From a virus, in the IMG/VR virus record IMGVR_UViG_3300005647_000006: 42,734 nt of DNA. One strand, 5' to 3'. The first letter of the stretch is position 1, and each line of letters begins with the position of its first letter. The position numbers were made by a program, and so were the translations under genes. Below, piece after piece: positions 37,071 to 42,734 of this stretch. The notes under the pieces were generated by a model. It did not search any database and had not been told where the DNA came from. It saw only the letters and a list, made by a program, of their open reading frames with translations.

Positions 37071-37100
37071 TTTTACATTCCAAAATACCTTAATCTAAAA

Positions 37101-37307
37101 TTATTTAGCTTTCCACGGAAAATACTTTGGTCCCTTATTAAGCAAATGAGGATCTATGCCGATATCAAATAATTGTTGATTGGATAAAAACTTTAGCTGT
37201 TTATATGCCATTTTTTTATCGCGTCGATCTTTAAAAAAATTTCTAACCATTTCAGCTCGTAAAATATGTGCGTGTCTTATGTGTTTCTGGTAATCAATTT
37301 GTTCCAT
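37101..37307 (-). CDS. DUF1127-family small protein
   Basis: RR...AYKQL..LS...L.DIGI motif. Confidence 0.8.
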   Translation of the reverse strand: MEQIDYQKHIRHAHILRAEMVRNFFKDRRDKKMAYKQLKFLSNQQLFDIGIDPHLLNKGPKYFPWKAK

Positions 37308-37421
37308 GATGGAAAATATCCCCTTAATTTAAATACTATTATACCTACTATATAGTATAATAAGGGATTGTAAATCTTAGAAACTGACTACTTTAATATA
37401 TGCCTTAATGGAATGAATTAA

Positions 37422-38024
37422 TTAGTCATCAAATGGAGAGTAATACCAGACATAATCGAATGGATAGCTTTGCAGAGATAATGTTTTTTCTAGACCAAAT
37501 CTTTCGGTGAATGTTATAAATTCATATTCAATTAAACATTCTGATGTTGTATTAGGAAGTGATCCTTTGTATATAACAGTATCCGAATTTGCTAGGCTTT
37601 TTGCTAGCTGGCGTAATGTGCTTGATATTTGAGAGTAGGACATTACATCCTTACCTTTGGATATAATTGTTCGTGCATCTTCTGATTCTATTAATAGATC
37701 AGTTTCGATTGTTACATTCTGAGATGATATTACTTCAAACCCTGATGTACTTCCAGCATCACAGCGTAATGATTCTATAACAGTTAAATCTTTATCCTTG
37801 TGTTCATCAGTACCATCTTCATCAGTCATGAAGATATAAAATTCAATATCTTCTTCACCTTCAAATTCATTCTTTGTTGGAACAATAGAAACTATATCAG
37901 TATATGAATTAAACGTTAGTATTTTACTTTCGTAGAAATAAAAACCAAATATCACTAAAAATACTAGTGCTAAAACATTGTGCGTGATTTTCCATACTAA
38001 CCGCTTCGACTCAGACATTCCCAT
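37422..38024 (-). CDS. Single-TM membrane protein, paralog of 12681..13370 (start revised)
   Basis: TM followed by YE..., LxC, C......T..F.L.K.......P. Confidence 0.75.
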   Translation of the reverse strand: MGMSESKRLVWKITHNVLALVFLVIFGFYFYESKILTFNSYTDIVSIVPTKNEFEGEEDIEFYIFMTDEDGTDEHKDKDLTVIESLRCDAGSTSGFEVISSQNVTIETDLLIESEDARTIISKGKDVMSYSQISSTLRQLAKSLANSDTVIYKGSLPNTTSECLIEYEFITFTERFGLEKTLSLQSYPFDYVWYYSPFDD

Positions 38025-38278
38025 TACATTAATCCAGTTAAAAATGCGCCTAGTTTTTCGATGCCAAGATAATATGCACCAACAACCACGGTGATCCATA
38101 TGGCACCGTTTTTCATCCATGCTGCTACAATTCCAAAAGCTTCGTTCTTTTTAACAATTTGTAGTATGTCAGGATGGCGTTCGACTATCTTCAAAAGACC
38201 TTTAAGATCTTCTTGAGATAGATCGGACAATTTTTGAAGCATTTCCTTACGCTCCGGTGACATGTCATTTAAATCCAC
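38024..38278 (-). CDS. Small protein with C-terminal TM (holin-like topology)
   Basis: C-terminal hydrophobic helix; TATAAATA at 38316; GTG start in hairpin. Confidence 0.6.
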   Translation of the reverse strand: MDLNDMSPERKEMLQKLSDLSQEDLKGLLKIVERHPDILQIVKKNEAFGIVAAWMKNGAIWITVVVGAYYLGIEKLGAFLTGLM

Positions 38279-38346
38279 TAGCAAATCTCACATTTTAATT
38301 AATAATTATAATAGATATTTATAGATTTAGCCTAGTGAAGCTTGAA

Positions 38347-39792
38347 TTAAATTAAACCAACGCCAATTGATGTTCTATCAAAACCATCATCTGTTTTGCC
38401 TACGGTAGTATTACCTGTGAATGTTCCACCAGAATCTAAGCTAATAGTTTGATTAGTACCGAACGCTGCCACGTCTGGTGTATCAGCAGGTTCTGATTCG
38501 CCCTCTGCGACTATAACGCCAGATGATTCAACTCCACTAGCAGTAAGTTGACCACGTTCCTCAGTTCCAACTCCAAGCCTATATTCTAACCATTCATAAG
38601 GTATTACACGAGTCCACTCTCGTTGATCATATCTCCAAGTAAATTTTAATACTTGAAGTAAATTTTCACCGCCTGATATCGGACTATACAATTCAAATGG
38701 TATTCCTATTTCATGAAACAGATCTGCCACTGATACGGACAGTCCAAGTATTTCTGTGTCAACACTTTTTAATATTAATAATCCATAATTTGGAATCTTC
38801 TTTCCAAATTCTATTGTTGCAGTACCATCCAACACTGTGTTTATTTCTTCAATAAGAGTATCTAGTCTAGTAACATTATCACCAGTCACTCTAATTACCT
38901 TCGCTCTTTGATTACCTTCAAGTCCCTTAACTCCATTGGTTGCAGAATTTAAACGTTCGAATGTAAATGAATATGTTTTGGTGGAATCTAATTTTGTTAA
39001 AATGGATCTATCATCAATTGCAGGAAGTGGTATATAAATTTCTGCATTATCACCATCAACTGTTGTTGATACTGAAGTATTTGAATAGTCATTTTCTCCA
39101 TCAATAGAATAATCATAATCAAATATAATTTGAACCGTTGCTTCACTAACAATTGCTACTGTAGGTGGACTATCATCAATCGGTGTTAAGTTGGCTGGTT
39201 GGCCTGTTACGTTACTTTTAAATACTAATCCATGTTCGCCTGTTTTATAATCCAAGCTTACATATGTAACAGTTCCATCTAAACCATTTATAGATATAAT
39301 TTCATTAAGTTTATCGATTAACTTATCATATGTTTCAATATCAGCCCCATTAATAATTCTTTCACCTACTTTATCTCCAAAACCAAATTTAAATCTAAAG
39401 TTTCTGGTAGTTTCAACATGAGTTAATACGCGATCTGCTGGTATGTTTTTTAGCTGCATTGGTTGTGCACTATTGAATGGGCCAGTGCCTTGATTTGTAT
39501 CGATAGTATTAATACTATTGACTACATCTAATAGCTCACCTAATTGATCTGACATGGCTACACCACTGTCATCATCTTCATCTAACTCATCATCGATTCT
39601 ACTTGTATCAGCAAATATAACTTTTTCAGTTTCAATAATATCACTGTCAGCAATTTCTGCTGCTGTCATATCAACTGTATTTTTAACCGTACCGTCAGAA
39701 ATACTTTGACGTTTTTCGTCAATACGATTTAATATTAAACCTTTACGTGAACCGTCAGGCGTAACATCAACGATGTAATCAGATAGTGGCAT
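38347..39792 (-). CDS. Putative virion structural protein with internal repeat
   Basis: T.D.LI...N....GT......GL...KS twice; late operon. Confidence 0.55.
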   Translation of the reverse strand: MPLSDYIVDVTPDGSRKGLILNRIDEKRQSISDGTVKNTVDMTAAEIADSDIIETEKVIFADTSRIDDELDEDDDSGVAMSDQLGELLDVVNSINTIDTNQGTGPFNSAQPMQLKNIPADRVLTHVETTRNFRFKFGFGDKVGERIINGADIETYDKLIDKLNEIISINGLDGTVTYVSLDYKTGEHGLVFKSNVTGQPANLTPIDDSPPTVAIVSEATVQIIFDYDYSIDGENDYSNTSVSTTVDGDNAEIYIPLPAIDDRSILTKLDSTKTYSFTFERLNSATNGVKGLEGNQRAKVIRVTGDNVTRLDTLIEEINTVLDGTATIEFGKKIPNYGLLILKSVDTEILGLSVSVADLFHEIGIPFELYSPISGGENLLQVLKFTWRYDQREWTRVIPYEWLEYRLGVGTEERGQLTASGVESSGVIVAEGESEPADTPDVAAFGTNQTISLDSGGTFTGNTTVGKTDDGFDRTSIGVGLI

Positions 39793-39795
39793 TTA

Positions 39796-40038
39796 TTAAT
39801 CTACAAGTTCTGTGTAAGCTGTAATAGCTGATTCTTTAGTTGCGTAAATATCGTCAGCAGACACTATTTCTGAATTGCTAAGTGAAGTAGATACAGTGTA
39901 TTCGATAGTTGTTTTTGTTGACACTACTTCAACAGCCACCTTTATAACTTTGGCTGGTAATACAGAATGTGATTTACCACAATCAACTATTACATATACT
40001 TCGTCGGATGGTTGGTAATCATATGTTATATCTGGCAT
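39796..40038 (-). CDS. Hypothetical late protein
   Basis: GAGG RBS. Confidence 0.75.
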   Translation of the reverse strand: MPDITYDYQPSDEVYVIVDCGKSHSVLPAKVIKVAVEVVSTKTTIEYTVSTSLSNSEIVSADDIYATKESAITAYTELVD

Positions 40039-40042
40039 TTGT

Positions 40043-40216
40043 TTATTCCTCGTTAGAATCTGAATTAAAAATACGCTCTAAATCCTTCTGAAATTTAAAT
40101 TCTGGGTCATAAGCTGCCCGAAACTGATCTTCCTGTTCTGGAGTCAATTCCGGTTCATCCCTCAAACCAAGTTCTGATAAAATCTTTATTAAATGAGCAT
40201 CTTTGTTGTTTGACAT
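40043..40216 (-). CDS. 57-aa late protein, not in ORF track
   Basis: Translated by hand (MSNNKDAHLIK...); TAAATA 5 nt before ATG. Confidence 0.65.
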   Translation of the reverse strand: MSNNKDAHLIKILSELGLRDEPELTPEQEDQFRAAYDPEFKFQKDLERIFNSDSNEE

Positions 40217-40231
40217 ATTGCTATTTATTAA

Positions 40232-41146
40232 TTAGCCACGATATGGTTTCAAAGATTTTGGTAAATATTTCTTTATATTTTTAATCTCTGGATATGCCTC
40301 TATTGCATCCTCTAATTCTATTATACCAGTAAAGTGTCTGCCTGCTTCTATTTTAAGATCAAACCCATGTTCCTGACAGGCGAACATCCATTTTATATGA
40401 ATATCAGAATCGTAATCATGTCCACAGTTAACCAGTCTGGAAACGATGGCTTTATCATATGATTCTTGAACATTAATTAATGAATTAAAACTATGGTACT
40501 GTTGAAGTCTTGCATTTTCTAATCTGGTGGTTTTAATTGTTTGATTTAAATACGAGACTATTCTTACAAATTCAGATAATTGAAAGTTAGGTTTACCTTT
40601 CATCATTGTTTGAAGCATTGCCTTTCGTAGTATAAGTGGTCCAGCGTTTGCATACAGTGAAAAGAAATGCTCATTTGTGTTAGTGGTGGCTCTGTCTGTG
40701 AATTTGCGCTTAGATGCAATATTAGTTAAAGCATCTAATGAATATAGGCCAGATTGAATTGCTGGAAGATCATACAACTTTGCACCAATGGTTCTGCCTG
40801 CATCTCTAAGATAGTTTTCTATCTCTTGTTCTTGACCGCCTGCTTTAATTTTACTTAGGATTTTTAAATGAAGGAAATTTGCTAAATCATAAGCACATTC
40901 AAGTTTAAACATTAATGGTGGTACTTGATCGGTGAGTATTCTTTCTCGGCGTTTTCGTTGTACTTCACGTCGATTAAATTCGTTCTTACATTCTTCTCTG
41001 AATTTATATAGCTTTTTATTCTTTATTAATTTTTTGAAAAGAACTTTCTTACTGGTAAGAATTATTTCGTCTGGTTCAGATGAAACTGAGTTTGTTTCTT
41101 TAAAACGTTCAAATGCTTCTATAACTAATTCATTTTCTATTATCAT
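40232..41146 (-). CDS. Hypothetical protein
   Basis: 304-aa ORF; TTGATT-17-TATAAT promoter upstream. Confidence 0.8.
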   Translation of the reverse strand: MIIENELVIEAFERFKETNSVSSEPDEIILTSKKVLFKKLIKNKKLYKFREECKNEFNRREVQRKRRERILTDQVPPLMFKLECAYDLANFLHLKILSKIKAGGQEQEIENYLRDAGRTIGAKLYDLPAIQSGLYSLDALTNIASKRKFTDRATTNTNEHFFSLYANAGPLILRKAMLQTMMKGKPNFQLSEFVRIVSYLNQTIKTTRLENARLQQYHSFNSLINVQESYDKAIVSRLVNCGHDYDSDIHIKWMFACQEHGFDLKIEAGRHFTGIIELEDAIEAYPEIKNIKKYLPKSLKPYRG

Positions 41147-41198
41147 AGATACTCTCGCTTTTTACTATTATAGTATAAAACGAAAACTGAATCAAACT

Positions 41199-41576
41199 TT
41201 ACTTTGTTAAATATCTTTTAACTATTGCTTCTATGTTTTCACAACCCACAGGATTAGCACTATGGATTTCTATCTTAGGTGGTACATATAATCCATTATG
41301 GTTTCTTGTTGCTAACCACATTGCTATATCTGCGCCAGTAATTTCCTTGTTACCTATAAACGATGCTATATCATGATCTAATGATACAAGCTCGAAATCT
41401 ATTAATTCAAGCTTAACCAAAGCTTCCCAGCCAGTTCTAGCGGTAGTCCATCTATACTCATCGGTATCTTCTGGACATGTTCTTATATCGTCTACGTAAA
41501 GAGCATTGAACCCAGTTGACATAAATTTCTCCCAACGAGAATTTAACATTGTACTGTATTTAATGATATCTTCCAT
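41199..41576 (-). CDS. Cyclic-phosphate-processing receiver (cREC)-like domain protein
   Basis: LYVDDIR.CP...SLDHD...TG.D...IHSANPVG. Confidence 0.82.
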   Translation of the reverse strand: MEDIIKYSTMLNSRWEKFMSTGFNALYVDDIRTCPEDTDEYRWTTARTGWEALVKLELIDFELVSLDHDIASFIGNKEITGADIAMWLATRNHNGLYVPPKIEIHSANPVGCENIEAIVKRYLTK

Positions 41577-41618
41577 TTTTAAAACGTTTATTGATTATTC
41601 AGTTAAATATATTATACT

Positions 41619-41753
41619 CAATTGTTCTGACAAAGTGGTTATTAAATCGATTGCATCATCATAATTATCATCACGATCAGGAGCATTATCCTGTAAATCA
41701 CGAACAACAACTTCCATATCTTCTAACAACTTTTCTATGTCGGATTTAATCAT
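41619..41753 (-). CDS. 44-aa acidic protein, not in ORF track
   Basis: Translated by hand; AGGA upstream. Confidence 0.45.
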
Positions 41754-41757
41754 GTTC

Positions 41758-41940
41758 TTATCCTAGAAGAACTTGTTGGCCGTTTTCGGCAACTTGAGTA
41801 ATTTCGGCGAGGGATTTTTGATCTTCTGGAAGATTAGATTTTGCCATTTCAGCAAGCATCTGTGATTCATGACGCTCAGTTGATACTGGTCTTCCGTCTA
41901 TAGTCACTACGTAATAAGTTTTTTCTTGTTCAGTAATCAT
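41758..41940 (-). CDS. Small hypothetical protein ending GQQVLLG
   Basis: AGGAG RBS. Confidence 0.75.
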   Translation of the reverse strand: MITEQEKTYYVVTIDGRPVSTERHESQMLAEMAKSNLPEDQKSLAEITQVAENGQQVLLG

Positions 41941-42009
41941 TAATTATCTCCTAATTCCTTAATACTTATTAAAGTTAAGAGAGGACGAACCAATTAATTT
42001 AATTATTAA

Positions 42010-42333
42010 TTAAACATTAAAACTTTCACCGCAACCACATTCATCGGCTACATTTGGATTATTGAATTGAATTCCTTCATTTAATCCATCCTTTCCAAAA
42101 TCAAGTTCAGTACCATCAAGATAAGCAAAGCTTTTTTTATCAACAAAAATATTAATATCATACTGTTCAAATACAATATCTTCTTCATTAACTTCATCTA
42201 CGTATTCGAGAACGTATGCCATACCAGAACAACCAGTCGTGCGTACAGCTAGGCGTAAACCTATACCCTTACCACGTTTAGTTATACAGCTACTGATGTG
42301 CTCAGCAGCTTGTTCTGTTATTGTAATTGCCAT
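42010..42333 (-). CDS. iscA: A-type Fe-S cluster carrier (IscA/HesB family)
   Basis: GLRL.V.T.GCSG..Y, F.NPN...CGCGESF. Confidence 0.95.
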   Translation of the reverse strand: MAITITEQAAEHISSCITKRGKGIGLRLAVRTTGCSGMAYVLEYVDEVNEEDIVFEQYDINIFVDKKSFAYLDGTELDFGKDGLNEGIQFNNPNVADECGCGESFNV

Positions 42334-42344
42334 AATACTATTTA

Positions 42345-42632
42345 TTAGAGTTTACCATTTTTCTCTTCAGCAATATCTTCGTAGGGTGATGCTACTTTAC
42401 GATAATATTCCTGTTTTACATTCTCCAACATACCAGTGGCTTTAGAGATTTGTTTATAGCTAGTGGAAAATTCGTCACTGCCATAAAATTCATGAACCAG
42501 TTTAGTAATGGTATAATTCATAATACCTTCTAAGTTTTCTGGTTCACCAGATGCTGTAAATTTAATTGCGGTGAGCAATTTATCAATTTGTTTATCTAAA
42601 TCATCTCGTTTATTTTGTTTAATATAAGGCAT
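42345..42632 (-). CDS. Conserved-type phage hypothetical protein (MPYIK...G.MNY.IT...E.YR....PYED...NG)
   Basis: Motif recalled from a widespread phage family; GAGG RBS. Confidence 0.82.
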   Translation of the reverse strand: MPYIKQNKRDDLDKQIDKLLTAIKFTASGEPENLEGIMNYTITKLVHEFYGSDEFSTSYKQISKATGMLENVKQEYYRKVASPYEDIAEEKNGKL

Positions 42633-42734
42633 TATGTTTCCTCTAATACGTCTTTAAAATGTTGGTATCGATCATACATCTTTTCTCTGGTTTCTTTAAC
42701 CACATCAACTGCTGGTTTAGAATACAGTGGTTTT

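Noticed and set aside
38285-38293. ATG-TGA in frame with 38024..38278 as a second read-through case
   Set aside because: The GTG at 38278 has a GAG SD-like site and lies in the regulatory hairpin, so no read-through is needed.
7850-42445. Antisense ORFs in the track (for example 7850, 8542, 15722, 17430, 20081, 30934, 31822, 34141, 40932)
   Set aside because: They are shadow frames of well-supported genes, lacking RBS and protein-like composition.
1-42734. Genome-wide TAG recoding (genetic code 15)
   Set aside because: Long genes are uninterrupted in code 11. TAG is rare but ends plausible genes (3021, 6239, 12413), two of them exactly at the C-terminal tag. Only one in-frame TAG case was found.
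1-42734. CRISPR array, DGR or retron
   Set aside because: No regularly spaced direct repeats, no reverse transcriptase and no template/variable repeat pair seen by eye.

Overview
AT-rich, gene-dense 42.7 kb segment of a large lytic dsDNA phage genome, T4-like in regulation and probably a jumbo myovirus of a Gram-negative host. It carries about 90 mostly short ORFs with no integrase, capsid or polymerase gene, plus one tRNA-Gly(TCC). Recognisable genes are an M15 endolysin, two spanins, two homing endonucleases, a T4 Rnl1-type RNA ligase split into two ORFs, Hsp20, PhnD-like, MerC-like, thioredoxin, two deaminases, a BCS1-like AAA ATPase, DUF1127, IscA and RNA-repair-associated domains. Four patterns are not explained by the gene calls. 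(1) About 20 otherwise unrelated small proteins, concentrated in the first 6.5 kb, end in the same C-terminal motif, hydrophobic-[DES]-x-[LM]-x-x-[LIVMF]-COOH, a candidate shared docking or targeting tag. (2) T4-type late promoters (TAAATA) and some sigma70-type promoters sit inside inverted repeats that would sequester the RBS or start codon on read-through mRNA, while others lie 5-6 nt from the ATG (leaderless). (3) The RNA ligase is fractured by an HNH gene with no intein or intron, and both halves carry novel helical extensions. (4) A late cluster of proteins has capsid-targeting-like N-termini and repeated CxxC modules. All family names come from recognising motifs by eye; no database search was run.
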